From IMG/VR virus record IMGVR_UViG_2687453420_000002, positions 1 to 64,000 of that record: a stretch of 64,000 bases of DNA; one strand, 5' to 3'. This document shows positions 18,068 through 30,327 of this stretch, one piece after another. The DNA is from a virus (Duplodnaviria > Caudoviricetes). The number at the start of each line of letters is the position of its first letter. The first letter of the stretch is position 1. The position numbers were made by a program, and so were the translations under genes. Under the pieces are notes generated by a model. That model was not told where the DNA came from. It saw only the letters and a program-made list of their open reading frames with translations, and did not search any database.

Positions 18068-19161
18068 TATCTCACTTCCTTTTTAGATATTCTTTTTATG
18101 CTGTCTATAATAGTAGGAATATTATTCCCAAAAATGCATTCTAAGTTAAATCCTCCTACCTCATAAATTTCTTTAACTTCTGTTACCCTTGTATTTAAAG
18201 TAATGCCCCATTTTCTATCTATTACAGTTACTATATCTCCTAAATCCCAATCTTGCATATAATTAAAGGAACCGAAAGAAATTACACTAGATTCAAATGT
18301 TTCTGTTATATTAAAATCATCAAGCTTATGTTCTCCCATAGTTTTCAGTTCAGTAATATCATCAGCCTGACTACAATCTATAAAAGTTTCTTTCCTTGCC
18401 CAACCTTTAGCATTGCCTGCTTGTTGTATTAATCTTTTTTCATCTTCACCTTTTCCTCCAACATAAGCTACATTTTTATAATTAAGTAAGATCTTCACAG
18501 AATGCTTATTCTTTATATTATCAAAGTCAACGGAAAATATAACTGGTGGCAGTTGCTCTTGATCTGCAGTAAGGTTTCTTCCTTCTATTACATCAAATAC
18601 AAATTTATTATTGTCAGTATCTAATGTAATATCCCAACCTAAATTACTATATTCAGCTATTTCAGTAATCTTATCTGCTAAGTTTTCATAACGAGTACGC
18701 CAAGCATCTTGTTTTCCTCTTTGTTTATCTTTAGCAATAACTAAATTAGGAATAATTCTATCTTTATCTACTGGATTGACAGCATTATTATCTACAAATT
18801 TTTTTATTATAGTTTCTTGTGTGCCTGTTGCATTGTCGTATCCTTGTCCTATAGGTGGTACTGTTGTTCTGTCTTTAATTTTCCCCTTTAAAGTAGCTCC
18901 TTTAATAACTAACTGTTCTTTACCATCTTCACTCGTAGATTTATCCATAAACTCTATAATTCCTACTTTATTAAAATAAGCTCCTAAAAGGATTAGGTTA
19001 TCCTCCTGGAGCTTATCTACATTATTTTTTTCTAAATTTATGTGAAGCTCAAATTCTCCTACTCGGCTAAATCTTCTTATAAATATAAGAGATTCATAGT
19101 CATCTATTTCACCTAATAAGTTAAAATCTTTATCAATAATTCTAATTGGTACCTTATTCAT
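18067..19161 (-). CDS. Siphovirus Gp37-like tail protein
   Basis: LLGEIDDYESL..RRF..VGEFEL; DWDLGDIVTV. Confidence 0.8.
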   Translation of the reverse strand: MNKVPIRIIDKDFNLLGEIDDYESLIFIRRFSRVGEFELHINLEKNNVDKLQEDNLILLGAYFNKVGIIEFMDKSTSEDGKEQLVIKGATLKGKIKDRTTVPPIGQGYDNATGTQETIIKKFVDNNAVNPVDKDRIIPNLVIAKDKQRGKQDAWRTRYENLADKITEIAEYSNLGWDITLDTDNNKFVFDVIEGRNLTADQEQLPPVIFSVDFDNIKNKHSVKILLNYKNVAYVGGKGEDEKRLIQQAGNAKGWARKETFIDCSQADDITELKTMGEHKLDDFNITETFESSVISFGSFNYMQDWDLGDIVTVIDRKWGITLNTRVTEVKEIYEVGGFNLECIFGNNIPTIIDSIKRISKKEVR

Positions 19162-19164
19162 AAA

Positions 19165-20034
19165 CTACACTCCTATATAAAGTGGCTTATAGTATAAAGC
19201 CATTTCTAAGTTATCCAATCCTTTTTCTGCATCATACCTTAATAAATTATCTCCAACTTTTAGCTGTAAAAATTCACTTGCTAAATCTATATAATTAAAT
19301 ACATTTATTTTAGTTCCATTGCTTTTTATCATTTCTACTCTTTTATTACCAAAAGATGTATTTATAACTAACTTATCTCCAGCTTGCAGTGTCCTTTTAA
19401 CTTTAATATATTTTCTGGTATATACATCAAATAAAGAAGGACTAACCACAGTGGCTAATGCTCTAAATTCAATCCTCATTCCACATTCTACATCCCCTTT
19501 ATTCTTAGCATTGACTATTAAATTACTTATTCTATGTCCCATAATGATTCCTGTTTCTTCTGGGATTATTAAAGGGAAATGAAAATCTCCTACCCAAAGA
19601 GCTATTTCTTCTTTTTCTTCTATTAAATCCATCCATAAAGGATTAGGACAATAAAATTGTATTAGAAACTCTTGCATATCATCTATTTGTTCTCTAAATG
19701 TTGGAGAACTATCTACAATACAATTTATAACATGCTCACTAGCATTATTGATATAGGTAAGAGTACCATTTATCTTAGGATTAAATATACTACAAAGCTT
19801 TTGCCTCTTTCTATACATATCTTCTACAGTATCTCCTACTATAGCTCCCTCTATTGGTAAAATTCTCTCATCTAAAAAAGTTCCATGGTGTGTCTTACCA
19901 TCCTGTCCAGGAGATTTACTTGTCAATATTGTTGTTTTAGGACTTCCTATCTCAATTTTAGTTAAAATAAAAGGAGCAGAGTTACCTAATTCTATACTCT
20001 GTCCCCTTTCATTTTTAAATATAATTTTTTGCAA
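19165..20034 (-). CDS. Distal tail protein (Dit)
   Basis: Follows tape measure; GQDG, F.CP.P.W, FLQL.VGDN.L.Y. Confidence 0.8.
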   Translation of the reverse strand: MQKIIFKNERGQSIELGNSAPFILTKIEIGSPKTTILTSKSPGQDGKTHHGTFLDERILPIEGAIVGDTVEDMYRKRQKLCSIFNPKINGTLTYINNASEHVINCIVDSSPTFREQIDDMQEFLIQFYCPNPLWMDLIEEKEEIALWVGDFHFPLIIPEETGIIMGHRISNLIVNAKNKGDVECGMRIEFRALATVVSPSLFDVYTRKYIKVKRTLQAGDKLVINTSFGNKRVEMIKSNGTKINVFNYIDLASEFLQLKVGDNLLRYDAEKGLDNLEMALYYKPLYIGV

Positions 20035-20047
20035 CTTCTACTCCTCC

Positions 20048-23000
20048 TTAAGATGTACTAAAGTTTAAATTCCTTATCATTACTTCATTCTTTCTCATCA
20101 TTTCACTTGGAGATAATGCTCTAGGGCTATTAAAAGTAAAACTATTGTGGTTTACTACACTCCTACTATTATCAATACTAGTTGAACTTGCATTACTAGA
20201 GCATTGCTGAATTGAATTTATGGCAGAAGATCGAGCAGCCATTGAATTTAAAGCTGAATTTCTAGCAACTTCAAAACTTTCCTGTATACTAGCTATCATG
20301 TCCTTAAGTTCCTCTATTTTAGGCTTAAAGCCCTCTACAAGTTTTTCTCCAAGACTTTGTCCTGCTTGTTGATAAGCTTCCTCATAAGAATGTAACAATT
20401 CAATAATTTCCTTTTGATTATTATCCATTATAATTCTTTCGGCTTCAGCCTGGAGTGCTGCATCATTAGTTTTTTTAGCACAAAAACTTCTATAATCCTC
20501 AAGTTGTTTTCTAAACTTTGTCTATTGCTTTCATATATAGAATTAATATTTTTTAATTCATTTTCTTTTCTTTCTGTAACTGCTCTTTTGTTCTTCTAAT
20601 TGTTCTTTATGAATCCTTTTTTCTCTTTCTTTAAGAAGATTATTGAGTTCCTTCTGGATTTCAATTTTGTTAAATTCATTATGTTCATATTCTAATGCTG
20701 TCTCAAGTTGGTTTATTTTTTTTAGTTCTTCTGCATTCTTATCAACTTTATCTTCTTCTGTAAGTTGTTTATCTATAGCTTCAATCTTAGCATCATAAAA
20801 GCTTTCTATTCTTTTTATAGATTCATCTTTCCATCTATCTAAATTTTTAAGCTCATTATTTATGTGATCTTCTTGTGCCTTTAGTTCATCTTCATATCGT
20901 TGCTTTAATGCTGACTTAATTCTATCAACCATATTATTGATACTATCAGATACTTTTTTATCTGCTTCTTTTTGAGCATCTATAATCTTTTGTTTTGCAT
21001 CATCAACTGCATTCCCCATGTTGATTAATTCAGTCTTAGCCTCTTCAAGAGCTTTCTTAGCCTTTACAGTTTCCTCTGCTGTATATCCAAAAGTCTTCGC
21101 TAATTCTTTATATCTATTTTCAAGTTCTTTTATTTTTTCGCCTTGAAGGATGACTATTGCTTGATGGTTTAATAAATTTTTATTTAAATCTTTAGTATCA
21201 ATTTGTAACCTTTTTATAGCTTCATTATATTCATTTATTGTATTGTTAAATATATTTTCCTGTACTTTAAGAGATTTTTTCACTTCTTTTTCTCTTTTAT
21301 CTAATAAATTTAATCCATCTTTATAATACTCTTCTAGTGCTTTCTTAGACCTTTCTAAGCTATCTACCTGTGCCTTTTGATTCGCTTTAGTAGTATTTAA
21401 TACCTGTTTTTGATATTGTCTTAGAGCAGCTATTTGATTAGCATAATTAGCCTTAGCATTTTTATCTTTAGTACTTCTTTGTAGCTTTTGATAGTAAGCT
21501 ATTTGAGAATCTATCCTTGATTTTTCTGTTTGTAGCTCTATACTATTTTCATTTTTAAGAATTCTTAGCCTATCTTCTATGCTCTTAGATCTATTATCAT
21601 AATCCTCCTTCAAATATTCCTTACTTTTTTCAATTTCTTCTTTATTTAATCGATCTATGAACTCCAAATACCTCTGATATTCCTTTTTACTATTAGCTCC
21701 CCAATTTAGCTGTCTTGCTAATCTATCTTTCATTACACTTTCTGACACACCAGTTCTAGGGCTAACAGATACACTTTCTTTAGCTTGTGATAGGGTTTCT
21801 CTTGCAATATCTTCAGGTTTATTATTATTATTCTCTAATAATGATGTTAATATCTTTTTAGATTCTCGATTATTAAATACTTTTTCTCCACCGTTAAATA
21901 ATCTATACTGCCTAGATGCTACTATTTCAAAACCGTCCTCAGCGACCTCATGTAGTCCTGCTTCTGCAAAATCTGTACCCGCAGCATACCCTTTCTGGTT
22001 TTTCACTTGTTTTTTAGACAATCTTTCTTTCATAGAGTTTGATTGTGTATTGTTGAATATTTTAGTCCCTTTAGGTAAATCTACTAGTTTAGGTCCTTTA
22101 CCTGGTAATTGTATTAACTCTGATCCATCCTCATCAACCCAAGTTAAACCACCTTCAAAATAGCTTGTTCCTGTCCATTTCTCTCCTATACTAGCTATTT
22201 TGCTAGCTGAGGTACCTACAACTATTGGATTACTTCCTATAGTACTTTTAATAGCGTTATAAGTTTCATATATCCAATCAAAGATACCATAATTTTTTTC
22301 ACATCGTGCTTTTAAAGCATTAATCCAAACATTATCTTTAGAATTATAATATTTACCTTCAATTTTTTGGAATGGAACACCATTCTTTAAATCTTTGTCT
22401 ATATCTTCTCTTGCCTTAATAGGATTCCCATATATCTTACCAGTACTTAAATCCCAAGAACCTACTATTTTTCCAGTTGTTTTATCTACTTCTACATAAC
22501 AATTATGCATTTGACCAGTTACTCTGTCTTTGATTCGATAATATCCTGTTTTGGTTATGCCATCCATTTTATCCATCTTATTTACATATTCAACTAATTC
22601 TTCTTGGTTATGTTGTTTTTGTTTATTTAACATTTTACCATTATGCACATCTATATTTTGCAATAATAATGGTTGCTGCTCTAATGCTGTATTTAAAAAG
22701 CCTTTATATTTTTCATTTTCGACACCTATTTCTTTCTCTTTTGCACCTTCTAATTGTTTTATTTTATCCTCAATTAACTTTTGTGTTTCCTTATCAGCAT
22801 CTTTAGAATACAATTTTAAATATTCTATTTGCTTATCATAATTTTCTTTTATTTTCTTTATTTCACCATCTCTAGCTTTTGCCTTTGATTCCATCAACTT
22901 AGATATTCCTTCCATATCTAAGTTTTTCATGCGAGCATTAAAATCCGCTTGAGCTGCTAAAAGTTCCTCCTTAGATTTAACAGTGTTTTTCATTTCTATA

Positions 23001-26000
23001 TTTCCAATTTGTTGAGTTAATTTTTCAACTTCTTTTAATGTATTTTGCCTTACAGCTCCAGTTTCTTTACTAGCTTTTTTTTGCAACTCTAATATTTTCG
23101 CATGTAACTCTTGCACTTTTTTTATTTGGTCATTTCCACTTTTATTAAGAGAGTCCAATATTTTTTTCTCATTTGCATCTAATCCATCAGCCTTAAAGCT
23201 ATCCTCTAAAACTTTTTGTATTTCAGGTTGCTTAGATTTTATTTTATTAATAGCACTGTTACATATATCATCCAGTTTAGCATTAAGGTTTCTTCCAGTT
23301 TCCTCATCCGCTAATTTATCTAGTTTAGCAGCTCCATTAAGTTCCATTTTGTAATTGGCTATTTTGTTAGCTATATTATCTAAAGCTTTTTGGGATTCTG
23401 GGCTTACTTTTTTGCTCCACTCTCTATGTTTTACATTCATTCTTTCTAATTCTTTATTAGTATAAACCGTATGTCCATTAAGTCTAGCCATTGCTGTTTC
23501 CATAACTCCCATATCTTCAGCACTTTTTATACAGCTATCATTTAAATATTGTGTATTTTTATGTGCTAAATATATAGCTCCTCCAACTGCTACAATTCCT
23601 GCCGCTACTGGTAATGCTATACTACCAACTGCTCCAAGTCCACCTGCAAATAAGCCAAGTCCTCCTGAACCTCCAGCAACTTTTGCAGCTGTTCCTACAC
23701 CCTCAACTGCAGTAGCTACAGTCGAAGCTTCCTTAAATATTCCAAAAAATACTCCTACCTTTTTGCCTGTTTTAATCAAAGTATTTATGCCTTTAAAAGC
23801 ACCACCTAAACCACTTATAAATGGTCCTAATGTCGCACTTGCCAGTGCTGTTTTTATTATAAACTCTTGTGTAACAGGGCTTAATTTATTCATTCGGTCC
23901 GCAAATTGTGATATTAAATTTATCCCTTTTTCTACAATTGGAAGTGCCTTTATACCTAATTCCATAAGAGAATTTTTAGCCTTATTCATAGCCTTTCCAA
24001 ATTTAGCTTCTGTAGTTTCAGCCATCTTTTTATATGCATCATCAAGTGCATGGGTATTAGTTTGCATTTCTTGCATAGATGCATTATATTTTGCCACACC
24101 ATTATCACTGGTTAGCATTAATATACTATTTAATCCTTCTACTGAACCAAACATAGTAGCCATAGCACCTATTGGAGAATCTGCTGCTTGTGCCATTCTC
24201 TCCAAATCTTTGCTTGCATTTTTTTGTGCTTTGCTTAATTCCTTATATTCTTTAGTACCTTTCTTTCCTGCATTTTCTAGTTCTAACATTTTACGAGCAT
24301 TATCGCTCATGCTTTGACTCAATTTATCAAATTCAGGACTCGCATTAGATAATCCCGATTTTACATCTTGTAGAAATCCCATCCAGCCTTTACTCTGTAG
24401 AGCTGAAACAGAAAAGTCTATACCTAATTGTTCTGCTGCTTCCCCTGCTTCTTTTGAAGGTTTTATTATATTAGACATAGCTGCTTTAAGTGCTGTAACT
24501 GATTCTGCAGTAGCAAGACCTTGTGCAGTTGTACTTGCTAAACTAGAAAATAGTTCATTAGTTGTAACTCCAAGTGAAGCAGCTATAGGAGTAACTTTAC
24601 CTACAGCACTTGCAAGCTCTCCGAAAGTAGTCTTTCCTAAATTTTGACAAATTAGCATTTGATTTGAAATATCTGTAGCTTTATCTGCTTCTAATCCATA
24701 TGAATTTAAAACAGTAGTTAATCCATCAACCGCAGTAGATGTTTCTGTGAAACCCATTATTTTTTATTTCATAGGCTCTTTAACCTATTACTCCTTATAA
24801 TTTCTTATAAGATAAGACTATATCTTTACCCTCGTCTTTCCGTTAGGGTAGTGGGTGCTCGTGTTGGTATTATTGTTTGTCATAACTCAACCATTAGTCG
24901 TTACACCTTCCTACTACTTTTATTGACTTTAATAGGCTCGGCTCGGTATTGACATATTTTAAGTATAATAAAAGAGAGTGCTATGGTAAAACACTCTCTA
25001 ATATAGTTTCTATATTATCAAACTCCCAATATGGTATCCTTAAGAGTTTTATATTATTATTTTTACAATAATTATTTTTAAATATATTCATCGCTTAATA
25101 AATCACAACCGGCATTTATTTTTATATAATTTTTAATATACTCATAATCATGCTTTCTTTTTTTAATCTGATTTAATCTACCACATTTTGAGCATTGTCT
25201 TTTGTTTCGATCTTTAAATTTAGCAAAAGAAGTTTCAAATTCATCTCCACATATACATTTAAACTTCATTTTAGTTGAATTATTAATGTATTCAGTAGAT
25301 AATAATTCACATTCCGAATTGTTTTTTACAAAATTCCGTACTTCTTCAATATTTAATTTTTTAGGCATAATAAATAACCTTCCTAACCCATCCAATATTT
25401 ACATTGTACCATATTTCTCTTATTTTCTACACTTAAAACTTAGTTTCCACCGAATTCTCCCACTAGTTTATACTACAAGTTTCCTTATAGCCGGGCAGTT
25501 TTGTTTACCCTTTGCAGCTTTAACTGCAACATCTAAGAAATCAACCGCCTTAGCTGTATCTACTGAACCTGAAATAGCTTGATATAAAGATTCATTTAAT
25601 TCTTTAGTACTCATTCCCGTTTTATTAGAAAGGTCAATTACTCCTTTTTTAAGAGTTTCTATTGGAACTTTTGTAGTATCTGCAATTGTACTTACCTTAG
25701 CAGCACCGCTTTCAAAATCAAATGCAAATTTAGTAGCTGCAGTACCAGCACCTATAATAGGAAGGGTAACATGAGTTGTAAGTTTATTACCTATACCTTG
25801 GAGTGTATCTCCTACTTTATCAAATGTTTCATATTTTTTATCTATCTTTTCAAATTCATTCCCTAATATTTTCAGCTTACCAGCAAAAGTAGTAGCTTCT
25901 TTTTCTGTCTTTTTTAATTCAGAGCCAAGTTCTGCATGAGCTATTTTTAAATCTAGTATTTTGCCTTTATATTCTTCAACTTCTTTAGAATCTTTACCAT

Positions 26001-26658
26001 ACTCCTGTTCTACTTCTTTTAAAAGAGATTCATGTTTCTTTATTTCACTATCTAGTAAAGACATTTCTTTTTTTAGTTTATTCATCTTTTCAGAATTATC
26101 AAATATACCTTTGCCGCTTTTTTCTTGAGTTAAATCAAGCAGTTTATAAGATTTTTCTAAGTTACTTATTTGAGTGCTTGTTTTTTGATAACCTTCATCA
26201 AGATTTTTCAATTTATCAGCTACAGTAACTGTAGTTTTACTAGCTTTCTCTAGTTCTTGTGACAATTCTGAGTGCTTTAATTTTAAATCTAATACATGAG
26301 ATTTATAATTTTCATATTCTTTTGAGTTCTCGCCACATTTTTTGCCTATGTCTTCTAAAGTCTTTTCAGACTTTTTAATTTCATCATCCAGTAACTTCAT
26401 ACTAGATTTATAAGCTTCAATTTTTTTACTATTGTCTTCTAAGCTTTTACCACTGGCTTTATTAGCATTTTCCCAAAGCTTATAACTTTTCTCTATATTA
26501 GATACTGCAGTATAAACTGACTTATCCATTATAGAGCTAGATTCTTGAGCTTTAGTTTGTAACTTATAAAAGCCCTGTATCGCTTTTGATACAGAGCTTT
26601 CAAATTTATCTAATCTTAAATCTATACTTGAATATACACTTCCTAAATCAATGCCTAT
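20048..26658 (-). CDS. Tape measure protein: exon 1 25507..26658, exon 2 20048..24754; ATA start and 3' frameshift near 20570-20590
   Basis: Splicing restores AVKAAKG-GFTETSTAVDGLT; TP901-type TMP core; frame open upstream to ATA-GGC-ATT-GAT-TTA after AGGAGGTGA. Confidence 0.85.
24755..25506 (-). ncRNA. Group I self-splicing intron (752 nt)
   Basis: 5' exon ends in U; P1 GGGU/GCCC with U-G; P3 TAGTGGG/CCCACTA; P4 CGGTG/TACCG; P7 GACTA/AAGATATAGTC; terminal G; in-frame exon ligation. Confidence 0.92.
25078..25368 (-). pseudogene. Truncated intron-encoded endonuclease (Zn-ribbon repeats only)
   Basis: LLS.EYIN....KFKC.CG...C..C repeat; stops at start of second repeat; no nuclease motif seen. 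Confidence 0.6.
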
Positions 26659-26734
26659 ATTTCCTCACCTCCTATTTTGAGGTATAAAAAAAGAACCGCA
26701 TAAGCGATTCTTTAGAAATTATTAATTTTATTTT

Positions 26735-27355
26735 TTAATTTAATGACCCTGATGCTTTTAAGTATGGCAATGCTGACTTGGCCTCTTCATTGTTTGGATT
26801 TAATTTTATAGCTTCCTCTAAAAGACTAATAGCTTTGTTTAAATCTTTTGTTTTATTTCCTGTACCATACATATACATGCGTGCTAACTGAGTTAAATCA
26901 TTGCTAGTTAATTGTTTAATTAGTTTCTTATTTAAGTATATTTTCCACTTACCATTATCATTTACAACATACATTTTATGTTTTTGCTCCACTTCTTTAT
27001 TTTCATAAAGATCTTTAACTTTTTCAGTTGCATTAAATTCTACAATATTTTTAAATTCTATATTTTCTAAACTACCTTTAAATTCATTAACTTTTTCAAT
27101 TTTTGTCTCTTTTAACTCACATACTTCTTTTTCTGTATTTCTCCACTTTGTGAAGTCTTCCTCTGTGAAATCTTTTTTACTTTGTTCGCATAGTGTTTCA
27201 TAAGCTTCCTCTGATTTTCCGTCTTTTATACTTTGATAATAAGTATTTAATACTTCCTGTGGATCTTCTTTCGGAGCACAGCCTACCAATGCTATTAATG
27301 TAAAAGATAAAATAAGTACAAATAACAATGAAATTTTATTAAATATTTTCTTCAT
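26735..27355 (-). CDS. Lipoprotein moron with C-terminal TPR-like repeat
   Basis: Lipobox LVGC; AI.LL..AI.LNP; own terminator ~26688-26715. Confidence 0.75.
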   Translation of the reverse strand: MKKIFNKISLLFVLILSFTLIALVGCAPKEDPQEVLNTYYQSIKDGKSEEAYETLCEQSKKDFTEEDFTKWRNTEKEVCELKETKIEKVNEFKGSLENIEFKNIVEFNATEKVKDLYENKEVEQKHKMYVVNDNGKWKIYLNKKLIKQLTSNDLTQLARMYMYGTGNKTKDLNKAISLLEEAIKLNPNNEEAKSALPYLKASGSLN

Positions 27356-27418
27356 GCAATCCCCTCCAATATGTAAATATATATCAATTATATAATATAT
27401 ATTACAATATTGGAATAC

Positions 27419-28004
27419 TTACCCTAAAAGCATCTTTAATCCTGGATTATCTTTTCTATCTTTGTTTTTAATTTCAAATCGTGGTTTTTCTCCATTCTCT
27501 ATTCTATATATAAACTCTGTCATGGCTTCATCAAGGCAATAAGCTATATATTCATCATTTATTTTTAGTATCTCGCTCGGTGTCTTGTGATACATCTTCA
27601 CCATTGTCATTAGACTTATTATCTTCTGGCTTTTTACGAAATGGTTCCAAGGTTCTTACCCCGTGTACTACAAAATTATATATTATAATTTTTTGTTCAT
27701 CTGTCATGCCTATAACTTCTTGAACTTCTTTAAATGTTGGTTCAACCATTGTTGTTTCACAAAATAATTCAGCAAGCTCATTAACAGTTTTTAAACTATC
27801 TTCATCTTTTCCTCCTGGTCCTTTACCTTGAAATAAATCTATTACAGGTCCCATAAGTGGATTAGGTATCTTACCTTTAGCTGCTAAATCTAATAAATTA
27901 ACTCTTTGTAATTTAACTGTAAATGTATCTTCTATATCCCATCCAGATAATTCTACTTCTATATATTTTTTAGCCTTTAATTCCTCTATATTTGTTACTG
28001 CCAT
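27419..28004 (-). CDS. Tail assembly chaperone (27555..28004) and +1-frame extension (to 27419)
   Basis: Between major tail and TMP; overlapping +1 ORF open from CCA-TTT-CGT at 27636-27644. Confidence 0.75.
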
Positions 28005-28060
28005 ACTAATTCCTCCTAAAATTTAAATTTAAAAAGAGAGCATATTATAGCCCTCTATTC

Positions 28061-28687
28061 TTAAGGTTGTTGATTATCTGTAATAATGGATTCTTTTTTA
28101 CTCTCTTCTGCATCTTGTGGTAATGAAGACACAAATTCTATAGATTTTATAGGCAATTTAGCCTTAGTATTTTCCCTACACTTAATCTCAAACTCTGGAG
28201 CATAGTAATCTTTTTTAAGAGACATTTTAAATGCTTTTCCTGTACATTTGTTTAATGTTATTTTAGCATAATTTTTTACATCTTCTCCTTCGTAATTTTC
28301 TGCATATATTTCTGCCATAAAAGGTTTTATTTTAGAACCTTCTGAAAGCATTGGTGTGTCATATCCTATAATTTTTGCAGAATCATCTTTATCATATCTA
28401 ATTATTCCACCTTCTATAAGAGCTGCTACGGCCAATTCAAGAGTTGTATTCTTAAGTTTTAATTTATAACCATACAGCAAATCTGGTGTACCCGCAGTAG
28501 CTAATATTCTTTCATCGTCTCTTAATTGTTTCTCTTGCCCTTGGCTTATCTCTGGGTCTATTTCTATTTCACTGTCACATTTTATATTTATTTTTTCCAT
28601 ATCAGTTGCTGGTAAGCCTGTTAGTTTATCCAGCGGTGTTAGAATAACCTTTTTAACATTATATAAAATTTCTCCTGTTGTACTCAT
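28061..28687 (-). CDS. Major tail protein
   Basis: Position and size. Confidence 0.7.
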   Translation of the reverse strand: MSTTGEILYNVKKVILTPLDKLTGLPATDMEKINIKCDSEIEIDPEISQGQEKQLRDDERILATAGTPDLLYGYKLKLKNTTLELAVAALIEGGIIRYDKDDSAKIIGYDTPMLSEGSKIKPFMAEIYAENYEGEDVKNYAKITLNKCTGKAFKMSLKKDYYAPEFEIKCRENTKAKLPIKSIEFVSSLPQDAEESKKESIITDNQQP

Positions 28688-28690
28688 ATT

Positions 28691-29065
28691 TTAAATTACC
28701 TCCTTTGGTATTCTGTATTTTAATCTTCTAAAATAAGCTTTCTTTTCATTATCTATAAGTTCTGGTGCTATATCTCCTGTAAATTCTAATTTTTCATTTA
28801 AGAGTTTCTGGACCTTGTTTAACATTTCATCAAGTATAGTTATATCTCCTAAAGGAGCATATAAAAAAACATGAACAAACTGCCAACCACATTGACTGTT
28901 ATTCATGCTTGATAATTGATTTTCAAATTTTAAAACCACGTAAGGCTCTGTACACTCTCCTTCATGTTCCCCTATTGCATAGCAAGGATATAAAGGATCT
29001 ATTAAATCAAATATTTCTTTTCTTGTCATTAAATCACTCCTGCCGATTGGACTATTTTCTTCCAA
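28691..29065 (-). CDS. Tail completion/terminator protein
   Basis: Position; PYVVLK motif. Confidence 0.55.
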   Translation of the reverse strand: MEENSPIGRSDLMTRKEIFDLIDPLYPCYAIGEHEGECTEPYVVLKFENQLSSMNNSQCGWQFVHVFLYAPLGDITILDEMLNKVQKLLNEKLEFTGDIAPELIDNEKKAYFRRLKYRIPKEVI

Positions 29066-29403
29066 CCTTCCATGAATTGTGGAGCAAACTCTTGTATTGC
29101 TCTTTCTAAAATAGCATATCTACCTTCATTGCATAATTCAAGATAGACTCCATAGTCTACTTGATGGCTTAATGCAACCATTAATGTATTTGTATTTGCC
29201 CATTTTACAGTAGATGTTATAAATAATCTTGCATGAGCTGTTCTATCTGTCCATACTACATTTTCTTTAGCCCATTTTTCCATCTGCATGGCTATATTTT
29301 GAGCATCTAGTGCAAGAGCCGCTTTAAGCTTTGGAGTAAATTCCTTTAACTTTTCTATAGCTTCATCTAATCCATGCATTTCTAGTTTACAACCATCAGC
29401 CAT
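29029..29403 (-). CDS. HK97 gp10-like neck protein
   Basis: AK....WTDRT..AR; VDYGVYLE. Confidence 0.7.
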   Translation of the reverse strand: MADGCKLEMHGLDEAIEKLKEFTPKLKAALALDAQNIAMQMEKWAKENVVWTDRTAHARLFITSTVKWANTNTLMVALSHQVDYGVYLELCNEGRYAILERAIQEFAPQFMEGWKKIVQSAGVI

Positions 29404-29767
29404 TCTTAATCACTTCCAAATCGCTATTATAGACATCCTTAATAATCATTCCTGGATAAGTTACTCTATATTTATAACCGTTAGCTTCAAAGTGATCTCC
29501 CTCTTTTATTTCTATACCTTCAGTTACTACTGCAAACATTGAAATACCTCTAGTTTTTTTAACAGTTCCAGATTCTTTTACGTTATCTAAAATCAAATTG
29601 TGTTTAGTATCATCAAGGAAGATATCTAGCTCACCTACTGTTATTTCTTTTTCTCTACCACCATGCATCCCATTACTAACAAATTCTTTTCTCATAAGAG
29701 TTATATGAGTTGGGCTTTTAGCTATACTCCTCTTAGCTTGCATTTTTATTCTTTCTCCATTTATCAT
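29396..29767 (-). CDS. Head-closure protein
   Basis: Position; I.EGD.F...G..Y.V. Confidence 0.5.
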   Translation of the reverse strand: MINGERIKMQAKRSIAKSPTHITLMRKEFVSNGMHGGREKEITVGELDIFLDDTKHNLILDNVKESGTVKKTRGISMFAVVTEGIEIKEGDHFEANGYKYRVTYPGMIIKDVYNSDLEVIKNG

Positions 29768-30072
29768 TGTCCATCAACCCTTCTCATTGATGTTTTATAG
29801 CCTGTTGTAGTTCCATTATTAGACAAACTTCTTTCATAATCACTTTTATATTGTTCCGCAAGTCCTAACCAATAATCTCTATTGCTTTCAGTTTTAAGAG
29901 GGCCAAGATTTGTTCCATCATCAGCAGTAGCTTTTAATAGACAACCTTTCCAACTAGATTTAAGTACATTATTTTCATTATTTTCTATTAACATTTCAAG
30001 TTCAGCATCCTCAAAATAAGGATATTGTCTTTCCTGCAAATTAAATCTTAAAACCTCTAAAGGTGTGGACAT
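29764..30072 (-). CDS. Head-tail connector
   Basis: Position; PYF.D.EL motif. Confidence 0.6.
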   Translation of the reverse strand: MSTPLEVLRFNLQERQYPYFEDAELEMLIENNENNVLKSSWKGCLLKATADDGTNLGPLKTESNRDYWLGLAEQYKSDYERSLSNNGTTTGYKTSMRRVDGQ

Positions 30073-30074
30073 AC

Positions 30075-30284
30075 TTATTCACCTTCCTCAGCTGATTCTC
30101 CCATTTCTTCTTCATTTTCCTTTGGTAATTCTTCTAAAAGTTCGATATGTTCTTTTTCAACCATATCTAATGCATCTTCTATTCTAACTTTTAATTCATC
30201 ACCTATCTTAAAACAATCTTTATCATATTTTAAGTTTACTAAAGCTTTAGCTTTTACTGTTCTTTTATTTGCCATATTAATCAT
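30075..30284 (-). CDS. Small phage structural-region protein
   Basis: In operon after capsid gene. Confidence 0.5.
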   Translation of the reverse strand: MINMANKRTVKAKALVNLKYDKDCFKIGDELKVRIEDALDMVEKEHIELLEELPKENEEEMGESAEEGE

Positions 30285-30327
30285 CCTTTCTGCTTAAAAT
30301 CTAAAAGAGTGGCTAAAATAGCCACCC

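Noticed and set aside
20558-26529. Two or three separate tail genes as listed in the ORF track
   Set aside because: Explained as one tape-measure gene with an intron and a frameshift; the ATG at 24757 is the intron 3' end
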